From contig CAZRKS010000001.1 of the NCBI GenBank assembly GCA_964600315.1, positions 7,078-71,077 on the forward strand: a stretch of 64,000 nt of DNA, read 5' to 3'. Every line of letters starts with the position of its first letter. The first letter of the stretch is position 1. Both the position numbers and the translations under genes were made by a program. The DNA comes from an uncultured Steroidobacteraceae bacterium (GTDB taxonomy: Bacteria > Pseudomonadota > Gammaproteobacteria > Steroidobacterales > Steroidobacteraceae). Positions 18,637 through 26,699 of the stretch are shown here, one piece after another. A model generated the notes under the pieces. The model made no database searches. It was not told the origin of the DNA and saw only the letters and a program-made list of their open reading frames with translations.

Positions 18637-19410
18637 CTAGAACAGGGTCGGACGGCTCATCCCGTCGACGCCGCCGTCGACGAAGACCTGGGTGCCATGG
18701 ACATAGCTGGCGCCCGGTCCCATCAGGAACTCGATCACCGACGCCAGTTCCGCGGGCCGCGCTCGCCGCCCGATGGGTGCGACGAATTCGCTGATGGCCT
18801 TGCCATAGAGGGGGTCTGCCAGCCCGGCCTGCAGGAGCGGCGTCTCGACCGCACCGGGCGCCACGGTGTTCAGGCGAATCCCGAGCCGGCCCCACTCGAC
18901 CGTGCGCCGCCGCACCGCCACCGTCAATGCGTTCTTGGAGCCCGCATACGCCAGTTGCCCGGCGTGCTCGCCCGCCTTGCCCAGCACCGCGGCCACCTGC
19001 GCTTCATCCCCGGCCTCGAGTGCCGGTCCGATCGGGTTCTTCTCCCACGCCACGTGCACCGATGCCACCGAGGAGACGACGACTGCAGCGGGCGAGGAGC
19101 CGCGTGCCAGCGCATCGCGGAGTCCGTCGAGCAGCGCCACCGCCCCGAAGTAGTTCACCGCGGCAATCTTCGCGTGGGGCTTCACGACCGGGCCGAGGCC
19201 TGCGCACAGCACGAGGCCGTCCAGCGTCCCGTTGCAGCGCTCCAGCACCGCCGAGACCGCGCCGGCACGCCCTTCCGCCGACGACAGGTCGGCAGTGACG
19301 TCCGCTCCCTCGATGTCGATGCCGAGGGTTCGGTGCCCGCGCTCGCGCAACAGCGCGACCGTCGCTGCCCCGATCCCGGACCTGGAACCCGTGATGGCGA
19401 TGAGTGACAT
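18637..19410 (-). CDS. hsdA: 3alpha-hydroxysteroid dehydrogenase/carbonyl reductase-like SDR
   Basis: Trimmed to ATG 19410, 257 aa. MSLIAITGSRSGIGAAT...GLVLCAGLGP...LAYAGSKNALTVAVR...PLLQAGL...YVHG aligns along its full length with my recollection of Comamonas testosteroni 3alpha-HSD/CR, which is also 257 aa. Confidence 0.8.
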   Translation of the reverse strand: MSLIAITGSRSGIGAATVALLRERGHRTLGIDIEGADVTADLSSAEGRAGAVSAVLERCNGTLDGLVLCAGLGPVVKPHAKIAAVNYFGAVALLDGLRDALARGSSPAAVVVSSVASVHVAWEKNPIGPALEAGDEAQVAAVLGKAGEHAGQLAYAGSKNALTVAVRRRTVEWGRLGIRLNTVAPGAVETPLLQAGLADPLYGKAISEFVAPIGRRARPAELASVIEFLMGPGASYVHGTQVFVDGGVDGMSRPTLF

Positions 19411-19456
19411 GGCGTTTTCCCTCTCCGGGAAACATGTCACAGCTCCCCGGCGGCCG

Positions 19457-19476
19457 CACCCGCCAAACGGACGATG
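19457..19476. promoter_or_regulatory. operator-like site CACCCGCC-AAAC-GGACGATG
   Basis: Contains the exact 13-mer CAAACGGACGATG (19464-19476), 53 nt upstream of the hsdA-like start. 13/16 to the palindrome consensus. Confidence 0.55.
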
Positions 19477-19533
19477 CCGGCCCCGCATGCCCGGCGCCCG
19501 CAGATGCGCCCGGGTCGGTCCGCTGCGCCGTGT

Positions 19534-20904
19534 TCAGGCCGGCTGCAGGCGCAGCGGGACTCCGTCGGCCGGCTTCGGCAGTGGGACCCACTCCAGGCGC
19601 GGCGCGTAGCCCTCCGGCACCGTGAACTCGTAACGCCGGACGAATTTCCAGAGGAAGGCCTTCACCATCAGTTCGGCGAAGAACATGCCGATGCACTTGT
19701 GCGCGCCGCTGCCGAACGGGTGGAAGCACATCGGGTGGCGCTTCTGCTCCTGGCGCGGCGCCGCGAATCGAGCCGGATCGAAGGTGTCAGCGTCGGTCCA
19801 CCAGCGCGGGTCACGCTGGTTCATCATCATCGGCAGGTGGAGGACCGTGTGCGCCGGGACCCTGAACCCGCCGAGCTCGGTGTCGCGGATCGTGCGCCGC
19901 ATGGCCATCGGCACCGGCGGGTGCAGGCGCATGGCCTCGTACAGGCAGTGCTGGGCGAAGTCCATGCGGGCGAGGTCGGCATGGGCGAGCGGACCGGGCC
20001 CGAACTGCGCCAGGTGCTCGCGCAGGCGCGTCTGCAGCGCAGCATCCCGGCCGAGGTACATCGCGAGGTGCGAGAGCGCGCTGGTGCTGGTGTCGTGCGC
20101 GGCGAACAGCAGGAAGATGGTGTGATCGACGATCGCCCCCACGTCGTACGGCCGGCCCTGTTCATCCGTCGCGCGGCACAACTGGCTCAGCACGTCGTCG
20201 CCGGCGGCCCCGCGCTGGCGGCGTTCGGCGATCATCGCCCTGCACCAGCGCTCGAGTTCGCGTCGCGCGCGCATTGCACGACCAAAAGTCCCGAACGGCA
20301 GTTCGACCCGCAACACGGAAGTCAGGCCCGCATTGAGGTCGAGGAACAGGTCGTTGATGGTGACGGCCTCGCGCTCGAAGTCCTCGATGCCGAGGAAGCA
20401 CAGGGCGCCGATCTCGAGCAGCAGCTGCTTGATGCGCGGATAGAAGACGACGCCCTCCTCGCGGCCCCAGACCTGCAGGTGGCGGTCCATCACCGGTTGC
20501 ATCATCTCGACGTAGCGATGCAGCGCCGCCGCCTTGAAGGCGCCCTGCATCATCCGCCGGTTGGCACGGTGCTCGTCGAAGTCCATCAGCAGCAGGCCGC
20601 GCGGATAGAACGTGCCGAGCTGCCTGTTGTAACCCTTCTCCGCGGAGAAGCACTCCTCGGGGTCGTGGAAGATGCGCTCGTACAGATCGACGCCCGTCAC
20701 GAGCAGCCCGCCCTGCCACGCCAGCCGGATACGCGACACTGGCCCGAACTCGCGCACGTGGCGGGTCGCCACCGCGTGCAGGTCGTGCAGCACCGCAAAC
20801 GTCTGGCCGATCACCGGCCAGCCCTCGTCTCCCGGGATGTGCGCCAGGTCGGTCGCGTCGGACGCCTGCCGGTAAGACCGGTCGACCGCGGACTGCGCCG
20901 TCAT
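19534..20904 (-). CDS. cytochrome P450 monooxygenase
   Basis: Heme-thiolate loop FHPFGSGAHKCIGMFFA and EXXR (YEAMRLHPP). Trimmed to the ATG at 20904, because the track start at 20973 is TTG. 456 aa. Confidence 0.85.
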   Translation of the reverse strand: MTAQSAVDRSYRQASDATDLAHIPGDEGWPVIGQTFAVLHDLHAVATRHVREFGPVSRIRLAWQGGLLVTGVDLYERIFHDPEECFSAEKGYNRQLGTFYPRGLLLMDFDEHRANRRMMQGAFKAAALHRYVEMMQPVMDRHLQVWGREEGVVFYPRIKQLLLEIGALCFLGIEDFEREAVTINDLFLDLNAGLTSVLRVELPFGTFGRAMRARRELERWCRAMIAERRQRGAAGDDVLSQLCRATDEQGRPYDVGAIVDHTIFLLFAAHDTSTSALSHLAMYLGRDAALQTRLREHLAQFGPGPLAHADLARMDFAQHCLYEAMRLHPPVPMAMRRTIRDTELGGFRVPAHTVLHLPMMMNQRDPRWWTDADTFDPARFAAPRQEQKRHPMCFHPFGSGAHKCIGMFFAELMVKAFLWKFVRRYEFTVPEGYAPRLEWVPLPKPADGVPLRLQPA

Positions 20905-20963
20905 CGACGCAACCCGGAACCGCCGGCGGGCGGGCGAGCCCGCCTGCGCACGCAACGCGCTGT

Positions 20964-20983
20964 TCGCGTCCAAACGGACGATG
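20964..20983. promoter_or_regulatory. operator-like site TCGCGTCC-AAAC-GGACGATG
   Basis: Exact 13-mer at 20971-20983, in the 143-nt divergent region between the P450 (start 20904) and the OYE-type reductase (start 21048). 13/16. Confidence 0.55.
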
Positions 20984-21047
20984 ACCGGAACGTTTCCAAC
21001 ATCAGAATGCCTCCGACAACTTCGCCGCCCGCACGAGTGGAGTCTAT

Positions 21048-23171
21048 ATGACCGCCGCCCTCACGCACCTCCTCGAGCCGGGTCGCATCGGCGGGCTCGA
21101 ACTGCGCAACCGCATCGGCATGGCGCCGATGGGCTCCAATTTCGCCGAGGCCGACGGACACTGCGGCGAGCGCATCCAAGCTTATTATGAAGCGCGTGCA
21201 AAGGGCGGCGCCGGACTGCTGATCATGGGCGTGGGCTCCATCGCCTACCCCGCGGGCGCGGCCGAGCCTTACCAGGTCGGCATCTCCCGCGATGATTTCA
21301 TCCCGGGCCTGGCCGGCGTGGCTGAACGCGCGCACCGGCACGGCGCCAAGATCGCGATTCAGCTGCAGCACGCCGGCAAGACCGCCATGCGCGACCTCGC
21401 CGAGGGGCGCCCCCTCTGGGCGCCGTCGCCGCCGCCCCCTGCGTCGAACGCGATGCTGAGCGCCCTCACTCGCGAAGAGATGGCGGCCTTCGTCGGCGGC
21501 ATGGGCAGCCACAAGCCGCAATTGCGCGTGATGGACCAGGGCGACATCGAGCAGCTGATCGAGTGGTTCGCCGCCGCGGCCGCACGCGCGCAGGCCGCCG
21601 GATTCGATGGCGTCGAGTTGCACGGCGCGCACGGCTACGTCGTCGCGAGCTTCCTCTCGCCCTACTACAACAAGCGCGAGGACGAATACGGCGGCCCGCT
21701 CGAGAACCGTGCCCGGCTGCTCCTCGAGATCATCCGGGCCGTGAAGAGCCGCGTCGGCGCCGATTTTCCGGTCTGGGTGCGGCTGGACGGCGAAGAACTG
21801 CGCACCACAGGCGGCATCACCATCGACGACACCGTGGCCACGGCCCGCATGGCCGAGCAGGAAGGTGCGGACGCCTTCAGCATTTCGGCGTACTCACGGC
21901 TCACCGACGGCGTCGCGTTCACCGAGGCCCCGCTCGTTCACCAGCCGGGCGCGCTCGTGGGCTACGCCGCAGCGGTCAAGAAGGCCGTCGGCGTTCCCGT
22001 CCTGGCTGCGGGGCGCATCGCCCCGGAGGTGGCGGACGAAGGCATCGCGCAGGGCAATTACGACTTCCTGCTCGTCGGCCGCGGGCTGCTGGCCGACCCG
22101 GAGCTGCCCCACAAGCTCGCGCAGGGAAGCACCGAACTGATTCGGCCGTGCATCTACTGCTACTCGTGCGTCAGCCAGATCTTCATCAACCGGCGCGTCA
22201 AGTGCGCCGTCAACGCGCAGTGCGGCCACGAGTATGAATGGCCGCTCGAGGCGGCCCCGGCACGGCGCCACGTGCTGGTGGTCGGCGGCGGGCCGGCGGG
22301 CCTCGAGGCAGCGCGCGTGGCGGCCGAGCGCGGCCACCGCGTGACGCTCGTCGAGCGCAGTGACCGCCTCGGCGGCGTGCTGTTCTTTGCCGCGCTCGCC
22401 TATGAATCGAACGGCCCGTTGCTCGACAACCTGCTGGCGCAGGTGCGCGCGCTGCCGATCGAGGTGCGACTGTCCACCGAGGCCACTCCGGCGCTGGTCG
22501 CCGAGATCGAGCCGGACGCCATCATCGTCGCGACCGGGCTGCGCCGCACGGCCCCGCCCATTCCGGGCGCGGACCTGCCGCACGTCTGGAGCGGCGACGA
22601 GCTCAAGCGCCTGATGACGGACGACCGCGCCGAGGAGATCGCCGCCCGCAAACTCACGCTCGCCCAGCGCGCGCTGCTGAAGGCAGGCGGCATCCTGAAG
22701 GTCACGGACAGCACGCGCGCGCTGCAGGGTCTGTCGAAGCTGTGGATGCCGCTCGGCCGGCGCGTGGTCATCGTCGGCGGGGGCCTGGTCGGGCTCGAAC
22801 TGGCGGAGTTTCTGCTGGCGCGCGACCGGGAAGTCACCGTCCTCGAGGGCTCGGACAAGGCGGGGCGCGAGCTGCCGATCGTGCTGCGCTGGCGCGTCGT
22901 GGATGCGGTCGAGAAGCGTGCCCAGCTGCACCGCAAGGCGCGCGTGACGTCCATCACGGAGGATGCCGTGCTGTGGACCGACGCGCTGGGCGCCGAGCAG
23001 CGCACCGAGGCGGATTCGGTCATCATGGCTCTCGGCGCCGAGCCGGACGACAGCGTCGCGCAGGCCCTGGCCGCGAGTGGCGTGCCGTTGCACCGCGCCG
23101 GCGACTGTCGCACGGTCGGCTGCATCGAAGGCGCGATCGAGGACGGCTACAACGCCGGGCGCCTCGTCTGA
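21048..23171 (+). CDS. OYE-family FMN / FAD-NAD(P)H / [4Fe-4S] oxidoreductase (2,4-dienoyl-CoA reductase FadH / BaiH-type enoate reductase)
   Basis: 707 aa. N-terminal OYE TIM-barrel motifs (RIGMAPMG, IQLQHAGK, VELHGAHGY). Cys cluster CIYCYSCVSQ...C. C-terminal GGGPAGLEAA and GGGLVGLELA Rossmann motifs. Confidence 0.9.
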   Translation: MTAALTHLLEPGRIGGLELRNRIGMAPMGSNFAEADGHCGERIQAYYEARAKGGAGLLIMGVGSIAYPAGAAEPYQVGISRDDFIPGLAGVAERAHRHGAKIAIQLQHAGKTAMRDLAEGRPLWAPSPPPPASNAMLSALTREEMAAFVGGMGSHKPQLRVMDQGDIEQLIEWFAAAAARAQAAGFDGVELHGAHGYVVASFLSPYYNKREDEYGGPLENRARLLLEIIRAVKSRVGADFPVWVRLDGEELRTTGGITIDDTVATARMAEQEGADAFSISAYSRLTDGVAFTEAPLVHQPGALVGYAAAVKKAVGVPVLAAGRIAPEVADEGIAQGNYDFLLVGRGLLADPELPHKLAQGSTELIRPCIYCYSCVSQIFINRRVKCAVNAQCGHEYEWPLEAAPARRHVLVVGGGPAGLEAARVAAERGHRVTLVERSDRLGGVLFFAALAYESNGPLLDNLLAQVRALPIEVRLSTEATPALVAEIEPDAIIVATGLRRTAPPIPGADLPHVWSGDELKRLMTDDRAEEIAARKLTLAQRALLKAGGILKVTDSTRALQGLSKLWMPLGRRVVIVGGGLVGLELAEFLLARDREVTVLEGSDKAGRELPIVLRWRVVDAVEKRAQLHRKARVTSITEDAVLWTDALGAEQRTEADSVIMALGAEPDDSVAQALAASGVPLHRAGDCRTVGCIEGAIEDGYNAGRLV

Positions 23172-23192
23172 GCCCCCGTCAGGCCCGCGGAG

Positions 23193-23966
23193 TCAGACCC
23201 AGATCGGGGCCTCTGCGCCGCCGTCGACGCCGAGCACCTTGCCTGTGATCCAGCCCGACGCCGGGGACGCGAGGAACAGCGCGGCCGCGGCGATGTCCTC
23301 AATCTCGCCCAGCCGTGCGAGCGGAGTGCGTTCGAGCATCGCCGCGTTGCGCTCGGGCGTGAGGTACGGCCGCAGCGCATCGGTCAGGATGCTGCCGGGC
23401 TCGATGGCATTGATGCGGACGTGCGGCGCGAAGTCCTGCGCCAGGTTGCGCGTCATCTGGTTGAGAGCCGCCTTGGCCGCACCATAGGCGCTGAAATGCT
23501 TCTGCGCATAGCGCGCGGCGCTCGACGAGATGTTCACCACCGCGCCGCCACCGGCCTCGCGCATCCGGGGGACGCACTTCTGGATCAGCGCATAAGCCGG
23601 CACCACGTTCCAGGCCAGCACCTTGGCGAAATCCGCGCCCGGCATCCGCCGCGGATCGTTCGGCCCGGCGCCGCCCGCGTTGTTGACCAGGATCGTGACC
23701 TTGCCGAGTTCCGCCACCGTGGACTGGACCAGTCGGTCGAGCGCCGCGTCGTCGTTGACGTCGCAGGTCACTGCGATGGCGCGCCGGCCTGCGGCGCGGA
23801 TTTCGTCGGCGACTGCATCGATGTCGGGACGCGTGCGCGCCGCGACGGCGACGTCGGCACCCGCCTGCGCGAGGGCGAGCGCGCAGGCACGGCCGATGCC
23901 CTTGCCGGCACCGGTGACGATGGCCACCTGGCCTTCGACGGAAAACAGGGCGGGGATATTCCGCAT
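23193..23966 (-). CDS. short-chain dehydrogenase/reductase
   Basis: Trimmed to ATG 23966 (MRNIPALFSVEGQVAIVTGAGKGIG), with GGAG upstream. NNAG and YGAAK motifs. 257 aa. Confidence 0.85.
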   Translation of the reverse strand: MRNIPALFSVEGQVAIVTGAGKGIGRACALALAQAGADVAVAARTRPDIDAVADEIRAAGRRAIAVTCDVNDDAALDRLVQSTVAELGKVTILVNNAGGAGPNDPRRMPGADFAKVLAWNVVPAYALIQKCVPRMREAGGGAVVNISSSAARYAQKHFSAYGAAKAALNQMTRNLAQDFAPHVRINAIEPGSILTDALRPYLTPERNAAMLERTPLARLGEIEDIAAAALFLASPASGWITGKVLGVDGGAEAPIWV

Positions 23967-24028
23967 CGAGACGACTCCGTTCGCGGACTGGCGAGCGCCA
24001 TGATCCTCGGGCTCCGCCGGGCGGGAAG

Positions 24029-24048
24029 CATCGCACAAACGGACGATG
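24029..24048. promoter_or_regulatory. operator-like site CATCGCAC-AAAC-GGACGATG
   Basis: Exact 13-mer at 24036-24048, in the divergent region between the SDR (start 23966) and the membrane protein (start 24145). 14/16. Confidence 0.55.
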
Positions 24049-24144
24049 GCCCTCGAGCGCGGCACGCCCTAGTCTGGCGGACCATCGGGGGCGAGGCGTG
24101 CGCCGTGGCGCGTGCCACATGTGGCGTGATGTCAGACAAGAGGC

Positions 24145-24648
24145 ATGACCATGTCCAATCGAAGACACTTCATCATCTCGCAGCAGCTGACTCCGTTCGT
24201 CATCAACGGAGTCCTGAACGGCTGGATCGCCTGGGCCACGCACAAGAACCATCCCCCGGCGTCGCTCTGGGGGGCTCATGGCTACTGGTCCGATCTCGTG
24301 CTCACCGGCGTGCTGCTGCCCGGCATCACCTGGCTGATCCTCTGGCCGCTGATCCGCAAGCAGGCGGCCGCCGGCAAGGCCCCGGCAACGGACGGCGTTC
24401 CCGAGCCCTGGGCCCTGCGCTTCTTGCCGAGCACGCTGTGGGGCGGTTCCGCCGTGATCGGCATCCTCGGCGGATTGATCGGTCTCGTCGTCGCGGGAAT
24501 CATGCACGCCCTCGGAGCTCCCAGCCTGCCGGCGGCGAGCTACATGGTCTTCAAGGGCGTCTACGGCGGCATGCTCTCCGTGCTGCTGCAGCCGTCGATG
24601 GTCTTCGCCATTCTGCGATCCGTCCGAGCGGTTCCCGCGCGAGCCTGA
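24145..24648 (+). CDS. hypothetical integral membrane protein
   Basis: 167 aa with several hydrophobic spans (LVLTGVLLPGITWLILWPLI, AVIGILGGLIGLVVAGIMHAL, GGMLSVLLQPSMVFAIL). No family recognised. Confidence 0.5.
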   Translation: MTMSNRRHFIISQQLTPFVINGVLNGWIAWATHKNHPPASLWGAHGYWSDLVLTGVLLPGITWLILWPLIRKQAAAGKAPATDGVPEPWALRFLPSTLWGGSAVIGILGGLIGLVVAGIMHALGAPSLPAASYMVFKGVYGGMLSVLLQPSMVFAILRSVRAVPARA

Positions 24649-24671
24649 GCGACGGGCGGGAGACCGTCTCC

Positions 24672-25697
24672 ATGCGGGTGATGGTCACCGGATCGACCGG
24701 CTACGTCGGCGCCTTCAGCGTCAAGGCGCTCATCGACGCCGGCCACCGGGTCCGGTTGCTCGTGCGCGATCCCGCCAAGGCGGGAACCGTGCTTCGTGCC
24801 GTCGGGGTCAGCGGCCGGCTGGACTGCGTGCAGGGTGACATGACCGACGAAGCGTCGGTGCTGGAGGCCCTGAAGGGCTGCGACGCGGCACTGCACTGCG
24901 CGGCCGTGGTCAGCACGCACGCGTCGCGCGAGCAGGAAATGCTGCGCGCCAATCCGCAGGGTGCCGAGTTCGTGATCGGCCACGCCGTGCGCCTGGGGCT
25001 CGATCCGGTCATCCATTGCTCCAGCGTCACCGCCCTGCTGCGGCCGGGCGCCACGGTCCTCACGGCCGACATGCCGCCGGGCACGCTCACGCGCGGCTAC
25101 GCAGGTTCCAAGATCATCTGCGAGCAGTACGTGCGGACGCTGCAGAGCACGGGCGCGCCGGTCGTCATCACCTACCCCGGCAGCGTGACGGGTCCGGCTG
25201 CGTGGAGCATCCTCGGTGAAGCGACGCTGGGCGTGGCGGCGACCGTCCGCGCGGGCTTGCTGCCGACGCGCGAGGCGGCCCTTTCGATCATCGACGCGCG
25301 CGACCTCGGGGCCATACACGCCGCACTGATGACCCGCGGACGCGGCCCACGACGGATCCTGTGCGGCGGCCACTACCTGACTCCGGTGGACATCGCGCAG
25401 CGACTGCAGAATCTCACGGGGCGAAAGTTCCGCGTGCTGCCCGTGTCCGCCGCGCTGCTGCGCGGCGCTGGCCTGCTGTCCGACGCCGTTTCGCGCGCGC
25501 TGCCGCGGCTCGCCAACCCGTTCACGCACGAGGCCATGGTCTATTTCACGCAGTTACCGCCGACCGACGACTCCGCGGTGTGGCGTGAACTCGGCCTGCG
25601 TTACCGCGATGTCGAGGACACGCTGCGCGCGTCCATCCTCGCGGCGCGGGCCGCCGGTCTGCTGAGCGACGCTCAGATCGGCAAGCTGGCGTCTTGA
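24672..25697 (+). CDS. NAD-dependent epimerase/dehydratase-family (extended SDR, 3beta-HSD-like) protein
   Basis: Trimmed to ATG 24672, with GGGAGA upstream. MRVMVTGSTGYVGAF Rossmann motif and YAGSK catalytic motif. 341 aa. Confidence 0.8.
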   Translation: MRVMVTGSTGYVGAFSVKALIDAGHRVRLLVRDPAKAGTVLRAVGVSGRLDCVQGDMTDEASVLEALKGCDAALHCAAVVSTHASREQEMLRANPQGAEFVIGHAVRLGLDPVIHCSSVTALLRPGATVLTADMPPGTLTRGYAGSKIICEQYVRTLQSTGAPVVITYPGSVTGPAAWSILGEATLGVAATVRAGLLPTREAALSIIDARDLGAIHAALMTRGRGPRRILCGGHYLTPVDIAQRLQNLTGRKFRVLPVSAALLRGAGLLSDAVSRALPRLANPFTHEAMVYFTQLPPTDDSAVWRELGLRYRDVEDTLRASILAARAAGLLSDAQIGKLAS

Positions 25698-26692
25698 CGA
25701 TCCCGCCGCGGCCGTGCCGCGGCGCGCGGTTTCTGCCGGGACCGTCCCCGGGTCCGACCGGACCCTGTCGCACGCACCTTGCGCTTCCCCCCGGCCGTCG
25801 CCGCCTGCGTGGTTTCCCGCATGAATTCGCCCATCCGGGCGATTGCCGCCTTGGTCTCGGGCAGGAACGGCACCATGTGCCACACGTGCGGCACCTGGTC
25901 CCAGACCTCGACCCTGAAGTCCACGCCCTGCGCGACGGCGCGCTTCGCGACGCGACGCGTGTCGTCGAGCAGCACCTCGGTGCTGCCCACTTGCGCGAGG
26001 ACCGGCGGCAGCCCGTGAAAGTCGCCGAACACCGGCGAGACCAGCGGGTTGTCGTGCAGCGCGTCGTCGAGATAGAGCGCGTTCATCATCTTCATGCTCT
26101 TCGGCGACAGCATCGGGTCGCGACGCGCATTCGAGAACCGCGACTCGCCGCCGAAACTGAAGTCGGTGAACGGCGAGATCACGACCGCGCCGGCCGGCAT
26201 CGGGTCGCCGTCGTCCCGCAGCGCCAGCAGGGTCGACAGCGTCAGCCCGCCTCCGGCGGAGTCGCCGGCAATCACGATGCTCGCGGGGTCGGTCCCGAGG
26301 TCCAGCAGGTGGCGATAGGCCGCCAGGCAGTCCTCGAGCCCGGCCGGAAACGGGTGTTCGGGCGCCAGCCGGTAATGCACCAGCAGCGCCCGCGATCCTG
26401 CCGCCCGGCACACCCGTGCCACCATCAGCGGCACCTGCCCCGACGCCGGCAACATGAAGCCGCCGCCCGGCAGGTAGAGCAGGGTCATCGCATCGCTCGA
26501 CTCCCGCGTCCGTATCCATTCGCCGCGGAAGGCGTGAGCCGCCACCGGGGACATCTTCACTCCGGCCGGCAACCTCGGCCTGCCCCGCCCTTCGACGAAG
26601 CGCCGCGTCTCCTCGAGCGTGCTGTTGGTCATCATCCGCTTGACCGTGAAGTGCAGCACCAGGTTCAGGACCTTTGCCTGCCAGCTCGCCAT
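25673..26692 (-). CDS. alpha/beta hydrolase, HSL-family lipase/esterase with basic C-terminal tail
   Basis: 339 aa. LPGGGFM oxyanion region and GDSAGG nucleophile elbow. The last ~40 aa are Arg/Lys-rich (GGKRKVRATGSGRTRGRSRQKPRAAARPRRDR). The 3' end overlaps the convergent gene by 25 nt. Confidence 0.8.
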   Translation of the reverse strand: MASWQAKVLNLVLHFTVKRMMTNSTLEETRRFVEGRGRPRLPAGVKMSPVAAHAFRGEWIRTRESSDAMTLLYLPGGGFMLPASGQVPLMVARVCRAAGSRALLVHYRLAPEHPFPAGLEDCLAAYRHLLDLGTDPASIVIAGDSAGGGLTLSTLLALRDDGDPMPAGAVVISPFTDFSFGGESRFSNARRDPMLSPKSMKMMNALYLDDALHDNPLVSPVFGDFHGLPPVLAQVGSTEVLLDDTRRVAKRAVAQGVDFRVEVWDQVPHVWHMVPFLPETKAAIARMGEFMRETTQAATAGGKRKVRATGSGRTRGRSRQKPRAAARPRRDRQDASLPI

Positions 26693-26699
26693 CGTAACC

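Noticed and set aside
25673-25697. 25-nt convergent overlap between the epimerase-family gene and the lipase gene, as a possible frameshift or mis-annotation
   Set aside because: Both reading frames are intact, with clear family motifs up to near their ends. Short convergent overlaps are common in compact GC-rich genomes, so there is no evidence of a pseudogene.
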